64,000 nucleotides of DNA from Patescibacteria group bacterium (GCA_038078835.1 JBBTQI010000003.1:2196-66195); one strand, 5' to 3'. Shown: positions 46,017 through 55,629, counted from the first letter of the stretch. The notes: generated by a model not told the origin, from the sequence alone. Translations and numbers: made by a program.

Positions 46017-46289
46017 TTATCCTAAATTAATAATCCTGATTGATTTCACGTACTTCTTCCCCATTTTGGAGTTAATGAGGTCGATCAGCACCTCCTCCTT
46101 CATTTGAAGTTCCTGGGCGGCGGCGGATGAGGCAACGGAAACCTTTAAAATCGCCCGGGAGAAAGATTCGGCCCGAAAAAGATCGTTGCCCTGTTCGTTG
46201 GCCAGAAAGCAAACCTGAGCGCTTAGAGCGGTTTTACCCAAGCCCTTCTTGGCCAGGGTTCCCAGTATAAAATCACCGAGTTTTTTCAT
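46017..46289 (-). CDS. DUF721-family small protein (the small gene typically found next to recF)
   Basis: MKKLGDFILGTLAKKGLGK...LKVSVASSAAAQELQMKEEVLIDLINSKMGKKYVKSIRII matches the DUF721 pattern, and it sits immediately downstream of recF. Confidence 0.5.
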   Translation of the reverse strand: MKKLGDFILGTLAKKGLGKTALSAQVCFLANEQGNDLFRAESFSRAILKVSVASSAAAQELQMKEEVLIDLINSKMGKKYVKSIRIINLG

Positions 46290-46303
46290 AAGTCTTATAC
46301 GTC

Positions 46304-47347
46304 TTATAATTCTATTATTTTTGCCTTCTTTAAAATCTTTTCCGGCAACAGCCCTCGGTCGGCGGCGGTGATAATTGTCTGATGATCGCTGATTAAGCTA
46401 AGCAGATGCTCCCGCCGCTGGGCATCGAACTCTGAAAAAACATCATCAAGGAGAAGAAGGGGTTCTGCACCTTCACCTCCACCCCGGGAGACGCCTTCTA
46501 AGAATTTCAGTTCGGCAACCTTTAGCGCCAAGATGGCGGACTTAATCTCCCCTCTCGAGGCAAAGTTTGCCATATCCCGATTATCCAATAAGAAGATAAG
46601 GTTGTCCGTATGCGGACCAAGATTGGTCCTCTCGTCGGCAATATCGCGGCCGCGAGAGAGGGGCAGATCCCGGACCAGATCGTTCGATCGCCGGTCATAA
46701 TTCAACTTCAACATAACATTATCAGAATTGGCAATAACCGCATAATGATCCGAGATAAAAAGATTCAGATTGTCAACAGCGCTCTGCCGTCTTTGGCCGA
46801 TAAATACACCGAGCCGAATTAACTCGCCATCCCAATAATTCAACTCGGAAACCGCAGCGCTCTTTTGCTTAATCAGACGCAAAAGGCGATTGCGCTGGCG
46901 CCTGATTTTAGTATAGTCAACCAGGGTACGCAGATACTCATAATCGGTTTGGCTGATGAGAATATCAAAAAATCGGCGGCGATCGCCGGGAGAACCGGTA
47001 ATAATCGCCATTGTCTCCGGAGAGAAGATTACCGCCCTTAAGATGCCGACAAGGCCCGTTGTCCGCCGCGGCACGCCCTTGACCCGGACCTTCATTATAA
47101 ACTGCGGTTCTCGGCATAAAACCAAATCCAGATCATCGCCGGTCAGGCGGGCAAAATTCTGGTGATAGTTAATCAAGTTCTGTTTCTTCTCCTCCCGATA
47201 AGACCGGCAGAAGGAGAGCATTGCTATCGCCTCAATAATATTGCTCTTGCCGGCGCCATTCCGACCGGTAATAATAGTAAGAGGAGAGAAATCCAGTCTT
47301 AAGTCCAGATGATTGCGAAAGTTTTGGAGATGAAGAGTTTTAAGCAT
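46304..47347 (-). CDS. recF: DNA replication and repair protein RecF
   Basis: MLKTLHLQNFRNH...ITGRNGAGKSNIIEAI Walker A, and an SMC-like C-terminal LLLDDVFSEFD. Confidence 0.9.
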   Translation of the reverse strand: MLKTLHLQNFRNHLDLRLDFSPLTIITGRNGAGKSNIIEAIAMLSFCRSYREEKKQNLINYHQNFARLTGDDLDLVLCREPQFIMKVRVKGVPRRTTGLVGILRAVIFSPETMAIITGSPGDRRRFFDILISQTDYEYLRTLVDYTKIRRQRNRLLRLIKQKSAAVSELNYWDGELIRLGVFIGQRRQSAVDNLNLFISDHYAVIANSDNVMLKLNYDRRSNDLVRDLPLSRGRDIADERTNLGPHTDNLIFLLDNRDMANFASRGEIKSAILALKVAELKFLEGVSRGGGEGAEPLLLLDDVFSEFDAQRREHLLSLISDHQTIITAADRGLLPEKILKKAKIIEL

Positions 47348-47386
47348 AAGTCTTATATGACCTATAAGACATATGGGTCTTATGGA

Positions 47387-48493
47387 CTAATTATCTATCT
47401 TCAGCGGCATCACTATATATAAATAGTCCCTATCATCATCAAAGCCGAGAACGCCCGAGGAGGAGCCGTCATTAAGTTTGAGTGAGATATTCTTGCTGGA
47501 GACGGCACCAAGAGCATCAATAAGATAACGGGCGTTAAAGGCGATTTCCATCTCTTCGCCGGAGACCTCGGCCGAGACCCTGGAGGTAGCATCGCCCGAC
47601 TGGGCCAGGGCGGAGTTAACAACCAGCTCCGTTTTTTTGGTTGTTACCCGAATGTTGTTAGCCGCATCCTTGGCAAACAACGCCGCCATCTTGATTCCAG
47701 CTAAAAACTCCTTGCTGTCGGCCACAGCCGTGACCTTAAAATCCCGAGGAATGATCTGGTTATAGGGCGGAAAAGCGCCCTCAATCAAGCGCGAGACAAG
47801 ACTGGTTTCCCCGGCTGAAAAGAAGATCTGGTTTTCGGCGGCCGAGATACTGATAACATTAACCTCCGCCTGGCTGGAGATCACCCTCACAACCTCGGCC
47901 ATTGTTTTTGTCGGAACGATCATCTTGCGCTCCGGGACCTCGGTCTCGAGAATTAATTTCTTTTCTGCCAGGCGGTACGAATCAGTGGCCGCCAAGACCA
48001 GGTCCTTGCCGGAAAAGTGGCAGTAAATTCCGGCCAGCGTCGGACGGGTTTCATCGTTGGCCGGCGCGATTATTACCTTCTTGACCGCATCAATAAAATC
48101 CGCCTTCTTTATCCGGCAAGAGAAGTCGGTCGGGATCTCGGGAATTGTGGGGAACTCATCTGCGCCAATTCCGTTAATATTTGCCTCGAAGTGAGCCGAC
48201 TTAAGGTTCAGTTTAAGATCGGTCGCTTTCATCTCGATCGAGTCATCGTTGTTATTCACGATGAAGTCAGCTAATAGGCGCGCCGGCACCGTTAGTTCGC
48301 CCTCGGTCTCAACCTTGCCGCCGACAGTCGTTTTAATTCCTATCTCCAAATCCGTCGCGGCAAGCGTTATCTGTCCCTTTTTTGCCGACAAAAGAATATT
48401 ACTAAGCACCGGCAGAGTTGTCCGTGTTCCAACTACACGTGAAACCTGGTTCAGCGCTCGGGTAAAATTAACTTGTTTGATTGTTGCTTTCAT
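47387..48493 (-). CDS. dnaN: DNA polymerase III beta sliding clamp
   Basis: MKATIKQVNFTRALNQVSRVVGTRTTLPVLSNILL typical DnaN N-terminus; three-domain length. Start at the internal Met (48493). Confidence 0.9.
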   Translation of the reverse strand: MKATIKQVNFTRALNQVSRVVGTRTTLPVLSNILLSAKKGQITLAATDLEIGIKTTVGGKVETEGELTVPARLLADFIVNNNDDSIEMKATDLKLNLKSAHFEANINGIGADEFPTIPEIPTDFSCRIKKADFIDAVKKVIIAPANDETRPTLAGIYCHFSGKDLVLAATDSYRLAEKKLILETEVPERKMIVPTKTMAEVVRVISSQAEVNVISISAAENQIFFSAGETSLVSRLIEGAFPPYNQIIPRDFKVTAVADSKEFLAGIKMAALFAKDAANNIRVTTKKTELVVNSALAQSGDATSRVSAEVSGEEMEIAFNARYLIDALGAVSSKNISLKLNDGSSSGVLGFDDDRDYLYIVMPLKIDN

Positions 48494-48793
48494 CACAATA
48501 CCTTTCGCTAATATTTTCCTGTGGATAACTCCCTGATTTATCCGCAACCCTGTGGATAACTTATGAAAAACTCGTCGCCTGTAAGGGCGCCGGTTTAAGC
48601 CGGTATATTCTTATCCCCGACACCGGGTATTAATCCACATCTTTTCCCCCACCTTTGTCCAGAACTTATCCCCAACCTCCTCCTTTGTTTTTGATATTTG
48701 ATATCTGATATTTGATATTTATCCACTTATCCACAAGCCTTACTATTACTACTATTAAGTATTTATTATCTTTTCAATAAAACAGGGGATAAG
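48494..48793. other. Chromosomal replication origin (oriC) between dnaA and dnaN, with DnaA boxes and an AT-rich unwinding element
   Basis: TGTGGATAA at 48520-48528 and 48551-48559, TTATCCGCA near 48538, TTATCCAC/TTATCCACA at 48719-48735, plus AT-rich (tgatattt)n repeats at ~48690-48725. A further TTATCCACA lies upstream of dnaA at 50228-50236. Confidence 0.7.
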
Positions 48794-50182
48794 TTAACGA
48801 AGAAAAGTGTAAATTCTCTCTTTAATCATCAATATATCATCTTTGACTCGATCGTTTTTATTTAACTCGGATTCAATCTTGCGATAACCGTGAATGACTG
48901 TCGAGTGATCTTTCCCGCCCATAATACGGCCGATATCGGGAAAGGACAACCCGCCCTCGCTTTTGAGTAAAAACATTGCTATCTGCCGCGGCAAAACCAA
49001 CTCTTTTGTTCGGCGTTTTCCCAGGATATCATCTATCGGAACCTTGAAGTGGCGATGAATCTCCCGCATAATGAGATCGGGAGTGATTGTTTGGCGCCGC
49101 TCTTTAATCATCTCCCCCAGAATTTCATTGACGCAATCGGTATCAATCGGGACATTTTTAAGCTCGCATGTCGCGATAATCTTGGTTAGGACCCCTTCAA
49201 GCTCACGAATGGAGGAGTGGATATTTTCGGCGATAAAACGGATTACCTCGGGTTCGATGTGGACTCCGTGCTTGCGCGCCTTATGACGCAGGATAGCCTC
49301 TCGTGTTTCCAGGTCGGGCTGGCTGATGTCGGTCACCATTCCCCCCTCGAAGCGTGTTTGGAGCCTGATTTCAAGTCCTCTGATGGATTTGGGGTGGGTA
49401 TCGGCGGTTAAAACCACCTGTTTTTTGTTTTGGTGTAGGTGATTAAAGGTGTGAAAGAATTCATCCTGAGTGCTTTCTTTGCGGGAGAGGAACTGAATAT
49501 CGTCGATCAGAAGAAGGTCGACATTGCGGTACCGGTCTTTAAAGTCCTTTGCCCGGCCGTGCCCCGCCTCAACGGCGGTGATAAAATCATTAATGAAGGT
49601 TTCGCTTGAGATATACAAAACCTGTTTGCCGGGACTCTTCTCTAAGAAAGCGTGGCCGATTGCCTGAATAAGATGAGTTTTGCCTAATCCCGAGTTGCCG
49701 TAAATAAAGAGCGGATTGTACTGACTGCCGGGACGGCTGGCGACGGCAAGGGCGGCGGCGTGAGCAAGTTGATTTGAGGGACCGACAATAAAATCATTAA
49801 ATTTATAATCCTCGTTCAAATTGTTGCCGATGAGCGACTTTTGCCGGTTGGCATTGACGCGAGCCGGCTCAGAGTTATCCACAGGGCTGTGGATAACTCT
49901 GGATTTTTGAAGGATATTTTTAAACTCCGGCGGGGGTGAGGCGATCTTGAACTTGATGCCGACGACTGTTTCTGTCACCTGCTTTTGCAGGGCGTTTTGT
50001 ATCTCTTTTAAATACTTACGTTTCAGCCAGTTTTCAAAGAAGATATTCGGCGCCCCGATTGTAAAATAACCCTTTTTAAAATCAGCTAAAAAGGCGCCCC
50101 GAAACCAGGTTTGATAGTTGGCTGTTGAGAGCGAAACCTCTAACTCATTCAGAACATTGCGCCAAATTTGGACTAAATCCAT
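48794..50182 (-). CDS. dnaA: Chromosomal replication initiator DnaA
   Basis: AAA+ Walker A GNSGLGKTHL, LLIDDIQF, and a C-terminal DNA-binding domain (...HSTVIHGYRKIE). Start at MDLVQIW (50182). Confidence 0.95.
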   Translation of the reverse strand: MDLVQIWRNVLNELEVSLSTANYQTWFRGAFLADFKKGYFTIGAPNIFFENWLKRKYLKEIQNALQKQVTETVVGIKFKIASPPPEFKNILQKSRVIHSPVDNSEPARVNANRQKSLIGNNLNEDYKFNDFIVGPSNQLAHAAALAVASRPGSQYNPLFIYGNSGLGKTHLIQAIGHAFLEKSPGKQVLYISSETFINDFITAVEAGHGRAKDFKDRYRNVDLLLIDDIQFLSRKESTQDEFFHTFNHLHQNKKQVVLTADTHPKSIRGLEIRLQTRFEGGMVTDISQPDLETREAILRHKARKHGVHIEPEVIRFIAENIHSSIRELEGVLTKIIATCELKNVPIDTDCVNEILGEMIKERRQTITPDLIMREIHRHFKVPIDDILGKRRTKELVLPRQIAMFLLKSEGGLSFPDIGRIMGGKDHSTVIHGYRKIESELNKNDRVKDDILMIKERIYTFLR

Positions 50183-50401
50183 AGCTGGAAAATCCCTTAA
50201 AAAAATAGACAACTCAAATATAGCAAGTTATCCACAGGGTACGTCAATAGAGCGTTGGGCAAGGCATCCATCGTCGCTAAAGTGACTTCTCCTACAAAAT
50301 TACAAATTTTACAAATACTATGGTGAACAGGTTCGAATCAATTTGTAATATTTGTAGTTTCGAAAGATTTGTAATTTTGTAGGATATTTAGGTGTATTGT
50401 G

Positions 50402-50430
50402 TTGACTTTAGTTTTAAGATAAGCTAAACT
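50402..50430 (+). promoter_or_regulatory. Putative sigma70 promoter TTGACT-N17-TAAACT for rpmH (short or leaderless 5' UTR)
   Basis: ttgact at 50402-50407 and taaact at 50425-50430; the ATG is at 50440 with no obvious SD. Confidence 0.35.
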
Positions 50431-50439
50431 ATCTCTGTT

Positions 50440-50574
50440 ATGAAGAGAACATTTCAACCAAACAGACAGCGCCGGGCCAAGAAACACGGCTTTTTAAAAC
50501 GTATGGCCACTCTTAGCGGTCGTCTTGTTATTAAGCGTCGCCGCAACAAGGGCAGATCAAAATTGACAGCATAA
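50440..50574 (+). CDS. rpmH: 50S ribosomal protein L34
   Basis: [44 protein letters not shown] (44 aa). It is below the ORF-track size cutoff and was translated by hand. Confidence 0.9.
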   Translation: MKRTFQPNRQRRAKKHGFLKRMATLSGRLVIKRRRNKGRSKLTA

Positions 50575-50742
50575 ATGTAAGTGTGAAGGTACTAAGCGTG
50601 AAAGGGGAATGAAAGCGCTGACTTAATATCTCACACTTTCATCTGCTATCTTTGCGGCGAGCTTCGGCTCGCTTTTTGATTGGCGTGTTGGTCGAACTTG
50701 TGTTATGATTAGAAAAGGCCGACTTCGGCCTGTTTTCAAGCA

Positions 50743-51090
50743 ATGCTCAAATCAGAGAACCGCCTTAAAAAAGACACGGAGTTTCGTCGGATTTTTCGTT
50801 CAGTCCGCCCCGTCTGCACGACCAATCTTGCCGTGCGGGTCCAGGAGTCACGCACCAATGTGACAAGGTTTGGTTTTGTTATTGGTATAAAAGTTGAAAA
50901 GCTTGCCGTCAGGCGCAATGCTCTGCGGCGGCTTTTCCACCGGGCGGCCAGGGAATTTTTGCCGCTGATTAAAACCTCCCTTAATATCGTTGTCGTGGTC
51001 AAGCAACCCTTTCCCTATCCCTATGGTCCGAATGAAATCAAGCGGCAGTTGGAGGAAGGGCTGAGAAAAGCCGGGGTACTGAAACAATGA
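50743..51090 (+). CDS. rnpA: RNase P protein component
   Basis: Basic protein with LKKDTEFRRIFR...RFGFVIGIKV...VRRNALRRLFH conserved RnpA motifs, downstream of rpmH. Confidence 0.85.
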   Translation: MLKSENRLKKDTEFRRIFRSVRPVCTTNLAVRVQESRTNVTRFGFVIGIKVEKLAVRRNALRRLFHRAAREFLPLIKTSLNIVVVVKQPFPYPYGPNEIKRQLEEGLRKAGVLKQ

Positions 51091-51317
51091 AACAGTTGAT
51101 GCTAAAACTTATTAACCTATATCAACAAACTTTATCCCGCGACCGGGGCTGGAATTTAATTCGATACCCCGGCGGATATTGTAAATATATCCCTCACTGT
51201 TCAGAGTATTGCAAGAGATCGATCGATAAGCGCGGCCTGATTTATGGCGGGATTGCCTCAATCTGGCGGGTGCTGCGCTGCAATCCCTGGAGCGAGGGAG
51301 GGATTGATTTACCATAA
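51087..51317 (+). CDS. yidD: Membrane protein insertion efficiency factor YidD
   Basis: CKYIPHCSEYCKRSIDKRGL...RCNPW conserved Cys motifs; overlaps the rnpA stop. Confidence 0.85.
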   Translation: MKQLMLKLINLYQQTLSRDRGWNLIRYPGGYCKYIPHCSEYCKRSIDKRGLIYGGIASIWRVLRCNPWSEGGIDLP

Positions 51318-51382
51318 ATATTTAGCAATTTAGTATGTTAGCTAATTAGCTGTCTTGCTAACCTGCTAGCAAGCTATTAAAA

Positions 51383-52285
51383 ATGATGGACATTATCAAA
51401 ACAATTTTATATCAGCCCCTGTACAACCTCCTGATCTTTTTGGCGTGGGTGCTTCCCGGCCATTCGTTGGGTTGGGCGATTATCGCTTTAACGATTATTG
51501 TACGCGTCCTGCTTTTGCCCAGCTCGATTAAGGCGGCCAAAGCTCAGGCCAGAATTCAACTGCTTCAGCCCAAGATTATGGAGATCCGCAAAAAGTACAA
51601 GGATCACACCGAGCAGAGCCGGGCGCTTTTTGATCTCTACCGCCAGGAGGGCGTCTCTCAGTTTGGCTCCTGCTTGCCGCTCTTGATTCAGTTTCCGATT
51701 CTGATTGTTTTATACCAGGTTTTTCGTGTCAGTCTCGATACCTCCCAATACTCCCTGCTCTATCCCTTTACACCCCATCCGGCGGCGATTAACACAACTT
51801 TTTCGGGTATCGATCTGGCCGTGCCCGACCCCTGGGTTTTACCAATAGCGGCCGGTTTGAGCCAGTTCCTGTTGTCACGCCTGATGACGCCAAAGCCGAT
51901 TGCTTCCACGGACGGCAAAGAGGATCCCTCTATGCTGATGATGCGGCAAATGAACTACATCTTTCCTTTGGTCACGGTTTTTATCGGCCGAACCTTTCCA
52001 GCGGCGCTGGCGCTATATTGGGTCGCCTCAACCCTCTTTGGCGTTATCCAGCAGATTTATGTTAATAAAAACATCAAAGATCAAAATACCCCTTCTTTCT
52101 CTTCCCCTAAGATAGTGGGAGATGGCGGGGGTATGAAGGGGGAAGGTTTAGTTAAGGAAGAGCCGTCGATTTCCCGGGCCGATAAACCAAAGAAGGATTT
52201 AATGTCCAAGATGGTCCAGCGGCGCCTGGCGAAACAGGAGAAGAAAAGCGGTGTTAGCGTGACCGTAAGGAGCAAAAAGAGATGA
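51383..52285 (+). CDS. yidC: Membrane protein insertase YidC/Oxa1 (short form)
   Basis: ...IIALTIIVRVLLLPSSIKAAKAQARIQLLQPKIMEIRKKYKD...GSCLPLLIQFPILIVLY typical YidC core. Confidence 0.85.
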   Translation: MMDIIKTILYQPLYNLLIFLAWVLPGHSLGWAIIALTIIVRVLLLPSSIKAAKAQARIQLLQPKIMEIRKKYKDHTEQSRALFDLYRQEGVSQFGSCLPLLIQFPILIVLYQVFRVSLDTSQYSLLYPFTPHPAAINTTFSGIDLAVPDPWVLPIAAGLSQFLLSRLMTPKPIASTDGKEDPSMLMMRQMNYIFPLVTVFIGRTFPAALALYWVASTLFGVIQQIYVNKNIKDQNTPSFSSPKIVGDGGGMKGEGLVKEEPSISRADKPKKDLMSKMVQRRLAKQEKKSGVSVTVRSKKR

Positions 52286-52734
52286 ACGAGGCATTAGAGA
52301 TTAAAAAGAAGATAGAGATGCTGGTTAGCCGGCTGGGTTTTGGCGGCGAGGCGATCGTGAAACAGCGCGATCAGGCCTTTCTGGTTCATCTGGCGGTTGA
52401 CACCCCGGCCATCCTGATCGGCCGGGACGGCGAGGGCCTGTATGCTCTCCAACACCTTCTGCGCCTCCTCTGTTTACGGCCGCAGGCAGAGGGAAGCCGG
52501 CCGATAATTCTGGATATCAACGGTTATCGGGAAAAAAAGGAGGATTTTATCACTCAATCGGTAAAGGCGGCGATCGCGGCGGCGGAAGCGACCGGGCAGG
52601 AGCAAATCCTGCCGCCGATGAATTCCTTTGAACGTCGCCTCATTCATGTTTTAGTTGCTAAGCACCCCGGTTTTACGAGTGAAAGTACAGGGGAGGGTCC
52701 GGAGAGGCAAGTGGTGATTAAACCAGCTGGGTAA
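52282..52734 (+). CDS. Jag/KhpB-like RNA-binding protein (KH/R3H)
   Basis: C-terminal R3H-like SFERRLIHVLVAKHPGFTSESTGEGPERQVVI; in the conserved yidC-jag position. Confidence 0.7.
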   Translation: MNEALEIKKKIEMLVSRLGFGGEAIVKQRDQAFLVHLAVDTPAILIGRDGEGLYALQHLLRLLCLRPQAEGSRPIILDINGYREKKEDFITQSVKAAIAAAEATGQEQILPPMNSFERRLIHVLVAKHPGFTSESTGEGPERQVVIKPAG

Positions 52735-52782
52735 GGCCAACCTTGTGATTCCCGTCAATTTCGGGTTTAATAATAGGGAAAC

Positions 52783-52872
52783 GGAAGTGTGGCAGAGCGG
52801 TTGAATGCGCCGGTTTCGAAAACCGGTAGCCGAGCAATCGGCTCAGAGGTTCGAATCCTCTCGCTTCCGCCA
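52783..52872 (+). tRNA. tRNA-Ser (anticodon CGA), class II with a long variable arm, CCA encoded
   Basis: GGAAGTG acceptor stem pairing with CGCTTCC, anticodon stem CCGGT/ACCGG with loop TTCGAAA (anticodon CGA), ~18-nt variable arm, T-arm AGAGG-TTCGAAT-CCTCT, and a 3' GCCA. Confidence 0.85.
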
Positions 52873-52914
52873 TAATCCCATACGTCTCATAGGACATATA
52901 AGTCGTATAGGATT

Positions 52915-54564
52915 ATGCCTGATATTTCCGGCACAATTTACCACCTAAACCGCGAGCAGGAGGAGCGCCATACGCAGGAAATGGCGGCTAAGTTGAATTT
53001 GCCCTATATTAATCTGGTCGGCTATCCCCTGACGAAGGATGTGCTTGATCTGGTCACCGAGGAGATCGCGATTAAGCATCAGATTATTCCTTATCTCAAA
53101 GTCGGCAAGACGGTCAAGGTCGGTCTCGTCCGCCCCGGCGACAAGACAACATCTGACTTTCTGGGACAACACCTAAAGCGACTCGGGGTTGATTTTGCGA
53201 TCTCGGTTATCTCCCAATCCAGTTTTCTCTACGGTATATACTTTTATGACAAGTTAAAGAAGGAATCGGGACTCAAGGCGGAAACGGCCAAGAGAGAGCA
53301 GGAGGAGTCGTTTTCGACCGAAATCAAGGATATCCAAAGCGCCGGCGCGGCGGCAAAAAAGGTGAGCGTGACGCGCCTGCTTGACGTGGTGGTGATGGGT
53401 GCGATCAAGACCAAGGCCTCCGATATTCACCTTGAGCCGGGCGAGAAGGATTTTCTGATCCGCTACCGCGTTGACGGCGTCCTGCAGGATGTCGTGCGTT
53501 TGTCTCTGTCTCAGTTCCACCAGTTGATCTCCCGCATCAAATATCTGGCCCAGCTGCGGATGGATCTCGCCAATCAGCCGCAGGACGGCCGTTTCTCGGT
53601 TAAGGGTTTGGGCGGGGAGAATATCGATTTGCGTATCTCGATTATGCCGACATCCTTCGGCGAGGCGGTGGTGATCCGACTGCTCGGCCAGGAGAAGTCG
53701 ATATTGGAGCTGGACAAGCTCGGTTTCCACCCGGAGGCGCTCTTGGCGATCCGCCAAGCGATCGGCAAGCCCCACGGTATGATTCTCACCTCCGGCCCGA
53801 CCGGTTCGGGTAAATCCTCTACCCTCTATGCCGTTTTGATGGAGTTGAAAAAGCCCGGGGTGAAGATTATCACGCTTGAGGATCCGGTGGAGTATCGGAT
53901 TGAGGGTATCGAGCAAAGCCAGGTCAAACCTGGGGCGGGGTATGAGTTCTCCCAGGGTCTTCGGGCCTCCCTGCGCCAGGATCCGGACATTTTAATGGTC
54001 GGCGAGATCCGTGATGCCGATACCGCCGAAATCGCCATCCAGGCGGCTCTCACCGGCCACCTGCTCATCTCCACTATTCACGCCAACTCCGCTCCGGCCG
54101 TCTTTGCCCGCTTTATCGAGATGGGTGTCAAGCCCTTCCTTCTCTCGGGTTCGATTAACTTGGTGATGGCTCAACGTCTGGTGCGCAAAACCTGTCCTTA
54201 TTGCCGGGAGCAATTTGCCCCCCGGCCGGAGATTTGGCAGGAGATCAAAAACTCTCTTTTGCCAATCAAAGCGCGGCTCGACCAAAAGACCCAGCAGATT
54301 CTAGATAACCCCAAACCGGTCCTTATCCGCGGCCGGGGCTGTGCCCGCTGCAACAACACCGGTTTCCTGGGACGGCAGGTGGTGGTGGAGGTGCTGGTGC
54401 CGGACGAGACGATCGAAGCTCTGATTGCCAAGAGTGCTTCAATCTCGGAATTTGACAAGGCCGCCAGGGGACAGGGTATGATAAGTATGGAACAAGACGG
54501 TTTAATCAAGGTTCTCTCCGGCTCAACGACGGTTGAGGAGGTGTGGAGAGTAACCAAAGATTAG
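52915..54564 (+). CDS. Type II/IV secretion system ATPase (PilB/GspE family)
   Basis: N-terminal GSPII_E_N-like domain, Walker A LTSGPTGSGKSSTLYA, Asp box, MVGEIRD, and a tetracysteine CPYC...CARC motif. Confidence 0.8.
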   Translation: MPDISGTIYHLNREQEERHTQEMAAKLNLPYINLVGYPLTKDVLDLVTEEIAIKHQIIPYLKVGKTVKVGLVRPGDKTTSDFLGQHLKRLGVDFAISVISQSSFLYGIYFYDKLKKESGLKAETAKREQEESFSTEIKDIQSAGAAAKKVSVTRLLDVVVMGAIKTKASDIHLEPGEKDFLIRYRVDGVLQDVVRLSLSQFHQLISRIKYLAQLRMDLANQPQDGRFSVKGLGGENIDLRISIMPTSFGEAVVIRLLGQEKSILELDKLGFHPEALLAIRQAIGKPHGMILTSGPTGSGKSSTLYAVLMELKKPGVKIITLEDPVEYRIEGIEQSQVKPGAGYEFSQGLRASLRQDPDILMVGEIRDADTAEIAIQAALTGHLLISTIHANSAPAVFARFIEMGVKPFLLSGSINLVMAQRLVRKTCPYCREQFAPRPEIWQEIKNSLLPIKARLDQKTQQILDNPKPVLIRGRGCARCNNTGFLGRQVVVEVLVPDETIEALIAKSASISEFDKAARGQGMISMEQDGLIKVLSGSTTVEEVWRVTKD

Positions 54565-54790
54565 ACCAAAAAATCCCAAATTACAAGCACCAAATAACAA
54601 ATAATTTCCAAATCACAAACCTCAAGTAATAAATAAATTCCAGATTTCAATTACTAACTACAAAAGCGTTGAAATTGAAATTAGAGATTGGAACTTGGAG
54701 CTTATCTGAGATTTGTTGTTTGATATTTGTAATTTACTTGTGGTTTGGTGCTTGTTGTTTGAATTTTCTCCGCCAAGGGCGGAGAGGAGG
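54565..54790. repeat. ~220 bp AT-rich MITE-like inverted-repeat element, copy 2
   Basis: Close to colinear with copy 1 (...acaagcaccaaataacaaataatttccaaatcacaaacctcaag...tacttgtggtttggtgcttgttgtttgaattttctccgccaagggcggagaggaggg). Its terminal GGAGAGGAGG acts as the SD for the ATG at 54795. Confidence 0.5.
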
Positions 54791-54794
54791 GATT

Positions 54795-55619
54795 ATGACA
54801 AGGAGGGGACGGAGGAGAAAATTTTCACCCCGGAGATGGCTTATGCTGGGCATTTTTTCGATTCTGGCGGTAGTTTTTGCCGCGAACTTAAATTTGATCT
54901 CCGCTGATACTAGGGCGGCTGATCCGCTCAAAGGGTCCAAGCTGGAGACTGATGTTGACAGTCCGTACGGCGACCGAGTTGTGGCCGAGTTTCCCAATAA
55001 TCGCGACTGCATCTTTTTTAGCGTCAATGCAATTAAAAAGGATGGCGGCGCCTTAACCGGAGAGAAGATGAGAATAGATCTTTTTAACGGCGCTCATCTG
55101 CGGGACGCCTCTTCGCGAGCCGAGATTGATGCCGGCAATCAGAGCACGGGCGGCGGCCAAACCAGATACTGTCTGACCTCCTCGGAGGCAAGGAAGGGAA
55201 CGGTGACGGTGAAGCTGGCGAACTATCCGAGAACCAAGAAAAAATTCAAAGTTAGTTTTAAACCTGTCGGCAAAGTTGCCAACACTACCGACACTGGCAC
55301 CTTCTTTGGCGACCAGGCGGTCACCTTTGCCGCCGAGATCGCGCCTTGGATGACTAATAATATTAAAGAGGCGAAACTGGTTTACTCCTACCGCCGCCGC
55401 TACAACTCCTGGGGGAGATGGAAGAATCGGGCTGAGACCGAGGAGAAGGCGCTCACCTGCATTGACAGCCGCTGCGAGGCGACGATCGGCGGCTATAAAG
55501 ACGGCCCGACCTCTCTCAACCGCGTTAGCAAGGGCCGCTTTACTTATACTTTTCAATTTACCGACGAGAACGGCAAAAGTTTCAAAAAGTCATTTAGAGG
55601 CAAACTAAAATCACCCTAA
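54795..55619 (+). CDS. Secreted hypothetical protein with an Arg-rich N-terminus plus TM/signal helix; paralogue of 60669-62039
   Basis: MTRRGRRRKFSPRRWLMLGIFSILAVVFAANLNLISADTRAADPLKG resembles MAKRRRSRRGFSARTRVRLLIGTAAILLAVVGV...ADADPNLKA of the paralogue. Start taken at the ATG after the MITE-derived SD. Confidence 0.5.
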   Translation: MTRRGRRRKFSPRRWLMLGIFSILAVVFAANLNLISADTRAADPLKGSKLETDVDSPYGDRVVAEFPNNRDCIFFSVNAIKKDGGALTGEKMRIDLFNGAHLRDASSRAEIDAGNQSTGGGQTRYCLTSSEARKGTVTVKLANYPRTKKKFKVSFKPVGKVANTTDTGTFFGDQAVTFAAEIAPWMTNNIKEAKLVYSYRRRYNSWGRWKNRAETEEKALTCIDSRCEATIGGYKDGPTSLNRVSKGRFTYTFQFTDENGKSFKKSFRGKLKSP

Positions 55620-55629
55620 TGCTTACATA

